From an uncultured Acidimicrobiia bacterium (lineage in GTDB: Bacteria > Actinomycetota > Acidimicrobiia > Spongiisociales > JAENVV01), in NCBI GenBank assembly GCA_963835515.1, contig CAWIFX010000021.1:4951-68950 (forward strand): 64,000 nt of DNA, given 5' to 3'. The notes beneath the pieces are model-generated. The model had not been told where the DNA came from. It saw only the letters and a list, made by a program, of their open reading frames with translations, and did no database searches. Shown here one piece after another: positions 1-8,867 of the stretch. Each line of letters begins with the position of its first letter. Position 1 is the stretch's first letter. The position numbers and the translations under genes are program-made.

Positions 1-1082
1 CGGAAGGCTTTCTGCTCGGCCAGTACCAATTCAGCGAATACCACGATTCTGACAAGCCAGGCACCGCCACCCTGCGGTTGGTCGGGGACCCAGATACCGG
101 CGCGCTAGGCAAGGCCGGTGCCATGGCCGCAGCGGTCAACTGGGCTCGCGATCTCGTGAATCGGCCACCCCGAGACAAATCTCCCCAGATGATCGTCGAA
201 GCATTCGAAGCGCTGGCCACCGACCTACCCATCGACATTACCGTGTGGGATGTCGACGATCTGGAGCGAGAGCGTTGTGGTGGCGTGCTGGGCGTCAATG
301 CCGGATCAACCGCACCCGCCCGGATGGTCATCGCCGAATACCGCCCGGAGGGTGCCACCAAGACATTGGCTGTGGTGGGCAAGGGGATCGTTTTTGACTC
401 GGGCGGTCTGAATATTAAGAGCTTTGAGTTCATGAAGACCATGAAGTCGGACATGGCCGGGGCGGCGGCCACGCTCGCTGGTCTGGTGGCTATTGCCAAA
501 GCCGAGATTCAAACGCGAGTCATTATCTATGTGCCGTTGACCGAGAACATGCCAGGCGGGGCGGCGAACCGCCCCGGCGATGTGCTCACGGCTCGCAATG
601 GCAAGACCATGGAAGTCCTGAATACCGATGCCGAAGGCCGGTTGGTTCTGGCCGATGGGTTGTCGCTGGCGGCCGAAGGAGATCCAGATCTGATCGTCGA
701 CCTCGCCACCCTCACCGGGGCGTCGCACGTTGCCCTCGGTCACTCGTATGCCGGCCTATGGACGAATACCGAAGCGGCCGGCGAACTGGTCGAAGCAGCG
801 GCGAGTCAGGCAGGCGAACGGGTGTGGACTATGCCGTTGCCGGCTGACTATCGCAAGGCCATCGATTCGGATGTCGCCGACATGAAGAACACCGGCGAGC
901 GATATGGCGGAGCGATTCATGCGGCCCTGTTCCTTGCCGAATTCGCCGGGGACGGTCCGTGGGTCCACCTTGATATCGCTGGTCCCGCCTGGGGCCATGA
1001 GAAGGGCGGCTATCTGCCGACCGGCGGCACGGGCTTCGGGGTGCGCACGCTTGTGGCGCTTGCTTCGCTCATGGTGGATTAG
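1..1082 (+). CDS. pepA: Leucyl aminopeptidase (peptidase M17), 5' end outside window
   Basis: The frame of ORF 78..1082 is open back to nt 3 (EGFLLGQYQFSEY...). M17 catalytic motifs VGKGIVFDSGGLNIK and NTDAEGRLVLAD are present. Confidence 0.9.
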   Translation, partial: EGFLLGQYQFSEYHDSDKPGTATLRLVGDPDTGALGKAGAMAAAVNWARDLVNRPPRDKSPQMIVEAFEALATDLPIDITVWDVDDLERERCGGVLGVNAGSTAPARMVIAEYRPEGATKTLAVVGKGIVFDSGGLNIKSFEFMKTMKSDMAGAAATLAGLVAIAKAEIQTRVIIYVPLTENMPGGAANRPGDVLTARNGKTMEVLNTDAEGRLVLADGLSLAAEGDPDLIVDLATLTGASHVALGHSYAGLWTNTEAAGELVEAAASQAGERVWTMPLPADYRKAIDSDVADMKNTGERYGGAIHAALFLAEFAGDGPWVHLDIAGPAWGHEKGGYLPTGGTGFGVRTLVALASLMVD

Positions 1083-1119
1083 GCGCCAGGATCCGGTTTG
1101 ATCGGTAGGATGTAACCCC

Positions 1120-2403
1120 ATGCGTAGGAGATTTCTTCTCTCCACGGCCGCAGCCGACCTTTCTGCGCTTCTACTCGCCCTGGTTGCCGCTTCGTATGTG
1201 ACCTTTCGGGTGCCGCCGTGGCAAGTACAGCTGAGTGGGGGGCGTTCGATCATGCCGCTCGCCGGGTTCTTTGTTGTCGGATCCCTGGTCGGCTCGCTTA
1301 TTTCGGCCCGGATGTGGGCAGGCGGGGCGCCCCGCCCGAGCTATGGCCGCGGTGTGGCGATCGTGGTTTTTGGCGTGGCGTTTACCGCGCTGGCCGTGAT
1401 TGGAAGCGCTACATACCTGTCTCGAACATTCTTTGCCGTTACGGCGTTCACGTGGTTGATCGGCGGAATCGCCCAGCGAGCGGTTCGCCGTCGCCGCCCG
1501 TGGATGGAGTCGATGATCGTCATCACCAACGAAAAGGGCCTCATCGACGACCTACGAGACGCCGAACATACCGAGGTCCTGGCGCTGATGGATCCGGCGG
1601 CCTCCGGGGAGCTTGAACCTCCTGCTTCGGGTGCGACCGTGGTTGTCGACCTTCGGGCCGTCCTGTCCGACAGGATGGCCCAGTTCGTGTCGTCGGCCGC
1701 CCTGGCAGGTATTCCGGTGAGGGCCCTGAGCTCGGTGTATGAAGAGCACACCGGGCGGATGCCCCTGGTGCACCTTGCGGAGGGCTGGGAGCTGTCTACC
1801 CCCGTCACCAAAACCGCCCCCATCATTGGGGGCAAGTTCATCTTCGATGTCTTGGCTGTGATCGTTTCAGCCCCACTGGCCATACCGCTCGGGCTGCTAA
1901 TTGCGCTGGCGATCCGGCTGGATTCTCCCGGCCCGGTGATTTTCCGTCAGGTCCGCACCGGGCGCCACGGCGTTCCGTTCACCTTGTACAAATTCCGTAC
2001 CATGGTGGTCGACGCCGAGGCGAGTGGACCAAGGTTCGCTTCGAAAGAAGACCCGCGCCTCACGAGGGTCGGGCGCTTGCTCCGCCGGATTCGAGTCGAC
2101 GAGTTACCGCAGCTATTCAATGTGCTTAAGGGGGACTTATCGCTGGTGGGTCCGCGGCCCGAGCAGGTGCCATTCACCGAGCACTTCGCCCGGGAGATTC
2201 CGTTCTATGAGCAGCGGCATCTCGTTCGACCGGGCGTTACCGGTTGGGCACAGGTGAACTACGGGTACGCCGACGATCAAGCCGAAGCCGTCGACAAGCT
2301 CACCTACGACTTGTACTACGTGAAGCACATGTCACCGTGGCTCGATCTCCACGTCCTTGGCAGGAGTATCTGGACCGTGCTATCCGGGTTCGGCGCTCGC
2401 TGA
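1120..2403 (+). CDS. Polyprenyl-phosphate glycosyl-1-phosphate transferase (bacterial sugar transferase, WbaP/EpsB-like)
   Basis: N-terminal hydrophobic helices. C-terminal PGPVIFRQVRTGRHGVPFTLYKFRTM and DELPQLFNVLKGDLSLVGPRP motifs are typical of this family. Confidence 0.85.
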   Translation: MRRRFLLSTAAADLSALLLALVAASYVTFRVPPWQVQLSGGRSIMPLAGFFVVGSLVGSLISARMWAGGAPRPSYGRGVAIVVFGVAFTALAVIGSATYLSRTFFAVTAFTWLIGGIAQRAVRRRRPWMESMIVITNEKGLIDDLRDAEHTEVLALMDPAASGELEPPASGATVVVDLRAVLSDRMAQFVSSAALAGIPVRALSSVYEEHTGRMPLVHLAEGWELSTPVTKTAPIIGGKFIFDVLAVIVSAPLAIPLGLLIALAIRLDSPGPVIFRQVRTGRHGVPFTLYKFRTMVVDAEASGPRFASKEDPRLTRVGRLLRRIRVDELPQLFNVLKGDLSLVGPRPEQVPFTEHFAREIPFYEQRHLVRPGVTGWAQVNYGYADDQAEAVDKLTYDLYYVKHMSPWLDLHVLGRSIWTVLSGFGAR

Positions 2404-2423
2404 GCCTTGGCCGGGATTTCGGG

Positions 2424-3554
2424 CTAGCGAACCAGGCAGGTCTCGTCGTAATCGACGATTGCCGGGGGTGTTGATCCACACGATGGGCAGTTCGGGTCCT
2501 TGGCGATCCGCAGTTGGAACGTTTCCTGGGTGAGTGCGTCGTAGGTGAGCAACCGGCCCCGCAGGGGAGTACCGATGCCCAGAATCAGCTTGATGGCTTC
2601 GGTAGCTTGAAGGCTTCCAATAACCCCTGGTAACACACCCAGAACCCCGGCTTCCTGACAGTTCGGAGCCAACTCGGGCGGTGGCGGATGGGGAAACAGA
2701 CACCGATAGCACGGGCCATCATTTGGATCGAAGACCGCTACCTGTCCCTCGAAGCGGAAGATCGAGCCATGAACGACCGGGATACCGAGGCGTTGGGACA
2801 CGTCATTGATGAGGTACCGGGTTGGGAAATTGTCGGCCCCGTCGACGATGAGGTCGAACCCGGCGAGGACTTCGAGAGCGTTTGATGCGACGACATTGAC
2901 TGCATGCGCTTCGACGGCCACGTCCGGGTTCAGGTTGGCGATGGTTCGTTCGGCAGAGGCCGCCTTTGATTGGCCGATCCGATCGGTCCCATGGAGGATC
3001 TGGCGTTGCAGGTTGGAAACATCAACTCGATCGGCATCAAAGATGGCGAGTGTGCCAACTCCGGCTGCTGCGAGATACAGGGCGGCCGGCGAACCCAGAC
3101 CTCCTGCTCCGATGATCGCGACGCGGGCCTCCAGGAGCTTCTGCTGACCGGCAACTCCCACCTCCGGGAGGGCAATGTGGCGGCTATACCTCGCCGCGCT
3201 CGGAACCGACAGGGTCGGCGGTATCTCCCAAGGTTTGCCCGCTGCCTGCCAGGCGACGAAGCCACCGGCCAGGCTCTCGACGTTTGTGAAGCCCATCTCC
3301 TGAAGGGTCACCCCTGCTAGAAGTGACCGTTCGCCAACCGCGCAAAACGCGACGATTGGCTGGTCGTATGACAGATGGTCGACCGAGGTCTCGAGTAACC
3401 CGCGGGGGATCTTCTCGGAGTCAGGAATGCTTCCCAACGCCACCTCGTGCGGTTCGCGCACATCGATCATGGTTCTGTTTGCCGTGACAAGCCCGGCTGG
3501 TGTTACCTCCGGGACGGTTTGCCGTGCAGCTGCAAGCATTTCGGTCAGATTCAC
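2424..3554 (-). CDS. Rhodanese-ThiF/MoeB family adenylyltransferase/sulfurtransferase (MoeZ-like, rhodanese at N-terminus)
   Basis: Rhodanese active-site loop FCAVGERS lies in the first ~110 aa. It is followed by the ThiF nucleotide loop IIGAGGLGSPAALYLAAAGVG and two CxxC pairs (CYRC, CPSC). Confidence 0.85.
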   Translation of the reverse strand: MNLTEMLAAARQTVPEVTPAGLVTANRTMIDVREPHEVALGSIPDSEKIPRGLLETSVDHLSYDQPIVAFCAVGERSLLAGVTLQEMGFTNVESLAGGFVAWQAAGKPWEIPPTLSVPSAARYSRHIALPEVGVAGQQKLLEARVAIIGAGGLGSPAALYLAAAGVGTLAIFDADRVDVSNLQRQILHGTDRIGQSKAASAERTIANLNPDVAVEAHAVNVVASNALEVLAGFDLIVDGADNFPTRYLINDVSQRLGIPVVHGSIFRFEGQVAVFDPNDGPCYRCLFPHPPPPELAPNCQEAGVLGVLPGVIGSLQATEAIKLILGIGTPLRGRLLTYDALTQETFQLRIAKDPNCPSCGSTPPAIVDYDETCLVR

Positions 3555-3648
3555 GGTTCCATGCTAGGCCGCATCCATGGATTCGTTCAGTGCCAATTCC
3601 GGACGCAGCGATGGCAGGCATAAGACCTGGGGCATCTAGAGTTGCCTC

Positions 3649-4089
3649 ATGGTGGTTCCTGGTCTCACGCCCTCAATCGAGTTTGCCCTCCTTGCTGACG
3701 CTGTGCAGGCGGTGGGCGGCAAGCTCTTTGTCCTCGGCGGCGGTTGGGACACTATCTGGGTGAGATCTTTCCCGGCTCGCCATCACACCATGGCCATCGG
3801 CACCAGAATCAGGATCCCTTGGTCGTCGGAAACGCAGACCTTTGAACTGACCGTCCAACTGGTCGACGAAGATGGGCAACCCATCTTTGACACGATTCGT
3901 CATTCGCTGACGGTTGCTCCACCTAAGGGCGTTCCGGACGGGTTTGAACACGGCGTCGTCCGGGCTTTCACCTTCAACAACGTCCCCTTCCAAAAACCTG
4001 GCGAGTATTCGTTCGTGATGACGGTTGACGAGGTAGAGACCGGGCGACTGCGATTTTCGGTTCGGGAGCGTCGCCCGGAGACGAGCTGA
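3649..4089 (+). CDS. Hypothetical protein (small beta-rich protein, family not confidently recognised)
   Basis: 146-aa ORF with coding-like composition. Its stop overlaps the next gene's ATG by 1 nt. No motif I can name with certainty. Confidence 0.55.
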   Translation: MVVPGLTPSIEFALLADAVQAVGGKLFVLGGGWDTIWVRSFPARHHTMAIGTRIRIPWSSETQTFELTVQLVDEDGQPIFDTIRHSLTVAPPKGVPDGFEHGVVRAFTFNNVPFQKPGEYSFVMTVDEVETGRLRFSVRERRPETS

Positions 4090-4703
4090 TGGAATCGATG
4101 AGGATGTTCCCGCTCGGGAGTCCTCTCATCCCATTCTCAATGGTCACGCTGAGAATATTCGAACCACGATATCTGCAGATGATCGGTGAATGCGTTGAAC
4201 AAGCCGCGCCCTTCGGGATCGTGCTCATCGAACGGGGATTCGAAGTGGGCGGCGGTGATCAACGCTCGGTGATAGGCACTGTCGCTCAACTCGTAGATGT
4301 ATCGGACCTTTCGGATGGGGAACTGGCGGTTGTGGCGGTTGGGGTCGAACGGATCCGGGTCCTTGAGTGGCTGCCGGACGATCCGTACCCGATCGCCCGG
4401 GTAGAACGAATGGGCGAGGTTGTTTCGCCAGCTGCGGCGGCCCGCATAGATCAGATTGATCAACAGCTTCGCCTGGTCCTCGCGTTGGTGTCGGAAGCGG
4501 GCATCGACGTCGGTCCTCTCGAATACGAATTGTCGGCGCAACCTGAAGTAGCTGCCCATCAGTTGTGTGCCTTGGCACCGGTCGGCGCGTACGACGCTCA
4601 GCGGTTGCTGGGCGCGCCATCGGTCGATGAACGGCTGGAGCTGCTTTCGGTCATACTCAAGGAAGAAACCGACTTCCTCCGATCGCAGCTAGGCGGGAAT
4701 TAG
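4089..4703 (+). CDS. LON N-terminal (substrate-binding) domain-only protein
   Basis: MFPLGSPLIPFSMVTLRIFEPRYLQMI matches the start of the Lon protease N-domain. The ~200-aa length has no AAA+ or protease part. Confidence 0.75.
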   Translation: MESMRMFPLGSPLIPFSMVTLRIFEPRYLQMIGECVEQAAPFGIVLIERGFEVGGGDQRSVIGTVAQLVDVSDLSDGELAVVAVGVERIRVLEWLPDDPYPIARVERMGEVVSPAAAARIDQIDQQLRLVLALVSEAGIDVGPLEYELSAQPEVAAHQLCALAPVGAYDAQRLLGAPSVDERLELLSVILKEETDFLRSQLGGN

Positions 4704-6194
4704 TTAGTTCGATCCCCAAGCGTAAAAGAAGCCGTCGCGCGACCCGACGTAGATGTAACCGTTAAATACTGTCGGGGTCGATTCGATGCAGCCCGACCCA
4801 AGGGGTTGCTCCCAAAGTCTCTGCGGAGCGAACGGTTGGGTGACGTCATAGGCTCGAAGCGCACCACCGGCATCACAGTTCACCGCCACCAGCAGGGTTT
4901 GATCGATGAGAATCGGCGAGGACCAAGCGTGCCAACCGATTGGTTCCTGCCACATGATCTCGCCTGTCTCGGTGTCGATGGCCAGCAAGTCACCAGGGTG
5001 GGTGCTGGCGTACAGCACGCCATTACCGAGGGCGGGCGTCGACCACAATCCTCCATCACCACCATCGATGCCCGGAACCGACACTGACCACTCGATCGGA
5101 TCTCCATCCGTGAAGGGGTTGAGCTTGGCGATCTGTCCAACTTCGGCCGACCGTGGCAGGAACCGTTCCAGCTCCACGCTGATGTACACGAATCCTTCGT
5201 CATCGATTACCGGCGTGGCGTCGATGTCATCACCAGCCCAGAAGTCGAAAACGACTGGTGCTTCGCCTTGCCGGATGTTGCTGATGTCGAGTCCGACCAC
5301 CCGGCCTGCGGAGTTCGTGAAGTAGGCCCGTTGGTTGTGGATTGCGATGGAACTCTCAATCGATGCGTTGGAGTCGCCGACCGCGTTAATGAGCTCCTGG
5401 TTCCATCCGGGGACTTTGGCGAGGATTATCGGATCGACGGTCACGCGGTCAGCTTCGAGGGTTCGGTTGAGTTCGATCGCGAAGAAGAAACCGTTCTCTC
5501 CACCTTCATACAGGATGCCGTCCACGATCGAGGGATTGGAATCCCAGTCGTTGTTCCAAATTCCGGGGTGGTCCGCTGAGTCAATACTCCAAATCTCGTA
5601 CGGTACCTCCGTATCGAGACCGAGTATCCGCAGTTTGTTGTCTCGGCTCCCGAAGTAAAGAAGGGGGAAACCGTCTGGGTCGAGTGTCACTGAACCCTTT
5701 ATCAGATCGCCGGTGACAAATGGGGGCCGGGTGGCAAGACCGGTTTGAGCGTCGACGAAGTGAACCGCCCGGTCATATGCGCCGAAAATGATTTCGGTTA
5801 TACCGTCGGGGCGCACCCAAACGACCGGCTGACCGGTCCACCCGGTCCCGCACCACTGGCGGGTCTCTTCGCCGACCGACGAACTCGAGCACATGGCGCT
5901 GTCGGGGTATCGCCAGACCACCTCGGGCCGATCGGGTATGGGGCCCGAACCGTAATAGTTGCGTTGGGGATTGCCGCGGAACTGCAGGACCCCGTTGACG
6001 GTTCCCCACGGCCGACCGACTGACACCGATGGCTGCAATGTGGTGGTTGTCGTCGGTGGCTGCGGGACGGTCGAGGTGGTAGGCGCGGCAGCCTGATCGA
6101 TCGTGGTCGTCGTCGACCGATCCGGGTACGGATCGCCGAGAAAGTCGCAGGCTCCGACGGTGAGCAGGATCAGACAGATCCAAATCAAACGCAT
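4704..6194 (-). CDS. PQQ-like beta-propeller repeat lipoprotein (BamB-like fold)
   Basis: Signal peptide with lipobox-like LTVGAC, a Thr/Pro-rich linker, then repeated G-x-V/I-Y-V/A-G/S...DG.L.A.D..TG propeller blades. Confidence 0.75.
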   Translation of the reverse strand: MRLIWICLILLTVGACDFLGDPYPDRSTTTTIDQAAAPTTSTVPQPPTTTTTLQPSVSVGRPWGTVNGVLQFRGNPQRNYYGSGPIPDRPEVVWRYPDSAMCSSSSVGEETRQWCGTGWTGQPVVWVRPDGITEIIFGAYDRAVHFVDAQTGLATRPPFVTGDLIKGSVTLDPDGFPLLYFGSRDNKLRILGLDTEVPYEIWSIDSADHPGIWNNDWDSNPSIVDGILYEGGENGFFFAIELNRTLEADRVTVDPIILAKVPGWNQELINAVGDSNASIESSIAIHNQRAYFTNSAGRVVGLDISNIRQGEAPVVFDFWAGDDIDATPVIDDEGFVYISVELERFLPRSAEVGQIAKLNPFTDGDPIEWSVSVPGIDGGDGGLWSTPALGNGVLYASTHPGDLLAIDTETGEIMWQEPIGWHAWSSPILIDQTLLVAVNCDAGGALRAYDVTQPFAPQRLWEQPLGSGCIESTPTVFNGYIYVGSRDGFFYAWGSN

Positions 6195-6250
6195 CGTGGC
6201 AAGTTAGCGGGGGTTGTTTGATTTTTGGCGTTCTCGCCTAACCTGCTCGG

Positions 6251-7138
6251 ATGGTTGGAACGCTACGAAGTCGGGTGGACTCGTCCGTGCCGGTTCGGTT
6301 CTTCCGCCGCCTCGGGGCCGCTGGTCCGTCGGTATTGGCTGCGGCCATCGCCTACAACCTGTTCTTCGCCCTGGTCCCTGCCCTGGCGTCGGTGGTCGTT
6401 GCCGCTTCGGTTTTCGGTCGTTCCGACGAGGTTCTCGAGGAGAGCCTGGCGACCCTCAGCAGGGTGGCGCCGTCCGAAACAGTGCTCTTTATAGGCAGGG
6501 TGCTCGAAGATGTCGCCACGTCGGTCAATCGGGCCCAGGACATTGTGATCGCCGTCACTGGAATCGTGGCGTTGTGGCTGGGCTCCCGAGGCATCCACAC
6601 CATCCAGGAAGTGCTGGCGAGAATCGCCGAACTGGACGAGCGACGTCCCTGGATCATCGCCAAGCTGGTGTCGGTCCTGTTGACCGCTGGCATTGCCGTA
6701 ACCCTCGTGGTGTCATCGCTCTTGGTAGTCGCCGGAGCGACAGTGGCAGAACGGCTCGACGCATTTGTCGGCGGGAGCTGGCCAGTGGAAGCTTGGAACC
6801 TCGCTTCGGTGCCTGTGGCCGCGTTCTGTTTCTTTCTGTTCCTGGCCGCCCTCTACCGATGGGGACCGCCGGCCCGGTTTCCCCGGATGTGGCTTGCCTC
6901 ATTGCTCTCGACTATTGGAATCGTGGTCGCCTCACTCGGATTCCGTTTCTATCTGGATCGTGCGGGCGCTTCGGGGGCAACCACGCTCGCCATTTTTGGT
7001 GCCGTCGCTGTCATGTTGTTGTGGCTGTACGTTATTGCCTACGTGATCATCGTTTCCGGTTCGATTGCCGCTGGGGTAGCCCGTAGAGCCGCCGACCGGC
7101 AGGAGAGTCGAGTGGAGGGGGAGCCGGCCATTGGTTGA
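6251..7138 (+). CDS. YihY/BrkB family membrane protein
   Basis: AAAIAYNLFFALVPALAS start motif and about 6 hydrophobic segments, typical of the YihY (ribonuclease BN-like) family. Confidence 0.75.
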   Translation: MVGTLRSRVDSSVPVRFFRRLGAAGPSVLAAAIAYNLFFALVPALASVVVAASVFGRSDEVLEESLATLSRVAPSETVLFIGRVLEDVATSVNRAQDIVIAVTGIVALWLGSRGIHTIQEVLARIAELDERRPWIIAKLVSVLLTAGIAVTLVVSSLLVVAGATVAERLDAFVGGSWPVEAWNLASVPVAAFCFFLFLAALYRWGPPARFPRMWLASLLSTIGIVVASLGFRFYLDRAGASGATTLAIFGAVAVMLLWLYVIAYVIIVSGSIAAGVARRAADRQESRVEGEPAIG

Positions 7139-8867
7139 CCCTGGCACCCGTCGCGGCATCCGACTGCTGTTCTCGCTGCTGGCGAGCTACCGACGAGAGG
7201 CGATCTTGTCGACGTTATCGGCATTGGTGTGGATGGTGATGGTGATTATCGGCCCCTACCTCACCAAGGTCGTTATCGACCGCGCCATTGAAGGTGAGCG
7301 TCGCGATCTTCTCCTGCCCCTGGTCGGAGCAGTTCTGGCGGCTGGTGTCATTAAAGCCCTTGGCGTAGGTGGCCGGCGGTACTTCGCCTTCCTCCTCTCG
7401 TACCGGGCAGAAACTGACCTACGTAACCGAATCTTCGAACATATTCAGCGTCTCGAGTTCAATTATCACGACGAGGTCGCGACTGGAGAACTGATGTCGC
7501 GTTCGTCGAGCGACCTATCGCAGGTGCGACTGGTGTACGCGATGCTGCCGATCACCATCGCCAACGTGGCGATGTTCGCGGTGGTCATCGCCGTGATGGT
7601 CTCGATAGACACCACGCTCGGCGCTCTTGTGTCGCTGGCTGTGCCGATGCTGCTCTATATCGCCAACACCTACGCCAGGCGAGTCATACACATCGCCACC
7701 GACGTCCAACAGAAGCTTGCGGACAATACCGCAGTCATCGCCGAAGCAATTGGAGGTATCCGCGTCGTCAAGTCGTATGGCCAGGAGGCCCAGGAGACCG
7801 AAAAGATCCATATGGCGGCGATCGGAATCTACGAACGATCGATGGAGCTCATCAAGAACCGGGCGATCTTCATCCCGCTCTTTGAACTGGTGGCGCCCAT
7901 TGCAACTGCGGTGATTCTTGGTATGGGTGGTCTTCGGGTTATCGACGGAGCCCTGACCCCGGGTGAGTTCTATCAGTTCGCCGAATACATGGTTATCTTG
8001 AACTTCCCGCTCCGTCTCACCGGATGGTTCTTTGCAGAAATCCCTCGAGCGTCGGCCGCCGGTGGTCGGGTGCTCGATCTCCTGAAGACGGCTCCCGAGA
8101 TTGCGGATCCGGCGCACCCGGTCGATCTCCCTCCCGGGCCTGGCGACGTCAGATTCTCCAATGTTGCGTTCCGATATCCGGATGGCCCACCGGTACTTGA
8201 CGGGTTCGACCTGCACGTCCCGGGAGGGCGATCGGTGGCTCTGGTCGGGGCGACCGGATCGGGCAAGTCGACCGTTGCGTATCTGCTGGCCCGGTTCTAC
8301 GACGTCACCGAGGGCACCGTGTCGCTGGACGGGGTGGATGTGCGGTCCCTCCGTCTGAGTGAACTGCGCAACGAGGTAGCGGTCGTGTTTGAAGAGACAT
8401 TTTTGTTCTCGGCATCGATTCGCGACAACATCTCGTTCGGTAACCCGGATGCCACCGATGATCAGGTCCGCCTGGCTGCGCGCCTGGCGCAGGCTCACGG
8501 GTTCATCTCGGACACGGCCGATGGATACGAATCGATGATCGGCGAACGGGGGTATTCGCTCTCCGGCGGGCAACGGCAACGGATCGCCCTCGCCCGTGCC
8601 GTGTTGCGCGACCCCCGGGTGCTCATCCTCGACGACGCCACCTCGTCGGTCGATGCGGTTACCGAAGACGAGATTCGTGATGCGTTGAAGACCGTGATGG
8701 CCGGCCGGACGACCATCATTATCGCTCACCGCCCGTCAACGCTGGCGCTTGCCGATGAGGTTATCTTTATCGATGAAGGCAAAGTGGTTGCGTCTGGCAC
8801 CCACACCGACCTGCTGGAACGGGTTCCCCGGTACTCGGCAATTCTGGCCAGCTCGGAGGTTGGCTGA
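7131..8867 (+). CDS. ABC exporter, fused permease/ATPase subunit 1
   Basis: Six-helix TMD followed by Walker A GATGSGKST, signature LSGGQRQR and Walker B LILDDATS. Confidence 0.9.
   Translation: MVDPGTRRGIRLLFSLLASYRREAILSTLSALVWMVMVIIGPYLTKVVIDRAIEGERRDLLLPLVGAVLAAGVIKALGVGGRRYFAFLLSYRAETDLRNRIFEHIQRLEFNYHDEVATGELMSRSSSDLSQVRLVYAMLPITIANVAMFAVVIAVMVSIDTTLGALVSLAVPMLLYIANTYARRVIHIATDVQQKLADNTAVIAEAIGGIRVVKSYGQEAQETEKIHMAAIGIYERSMELIKNRAIFIPLFELVAPIATAVILGMGGLRVIDGALTPGEFYQFAEYMVILNFPLRLTGWFFAEIPRASAAGGRVLDLLKTAPEIADPAHPVDLPPGPGDVRFSNVAFRYPDGPPVLDGFDLHVPGGRSVALVGATGSGKSTVAYLLARFYDVTEGTVSLDGVDVRSLRLSELRNEVAVVFEETFLFSASIRDNISFGNPDATDDQVRLAARLAQAHGFISDTADGYESMIGERGYSLSGGQRQRIALARAVLRDPRVLILDDATSSVDAVTEDEIRDALKTVMAGRTTIIIAHRPSTLALADEVIFIDEGKVVASGTHTDLLERVPRYSAILASSEVG

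Noticed and set aside
6214-7086. 290-aa plus-strand ORF in an alternative frame to the YihY gene
   Set aside because: The 6251..7138 frame gives a hydrophobic multi-pass protein with the YihY N-terminal motif. The alternative frame is Arg/Gly-rich and non-membrane.
7515-8729. 404-aa ORF antisense to the first ABC exporter gene
   Set aside because: It has no recognisable motifs and an Arg/Gly/His/Asp-rich composition typical of antisense frames in GC-rich DNA. The sense frame carries a complete TMD plus Walker A, signature and Walker B motifs.
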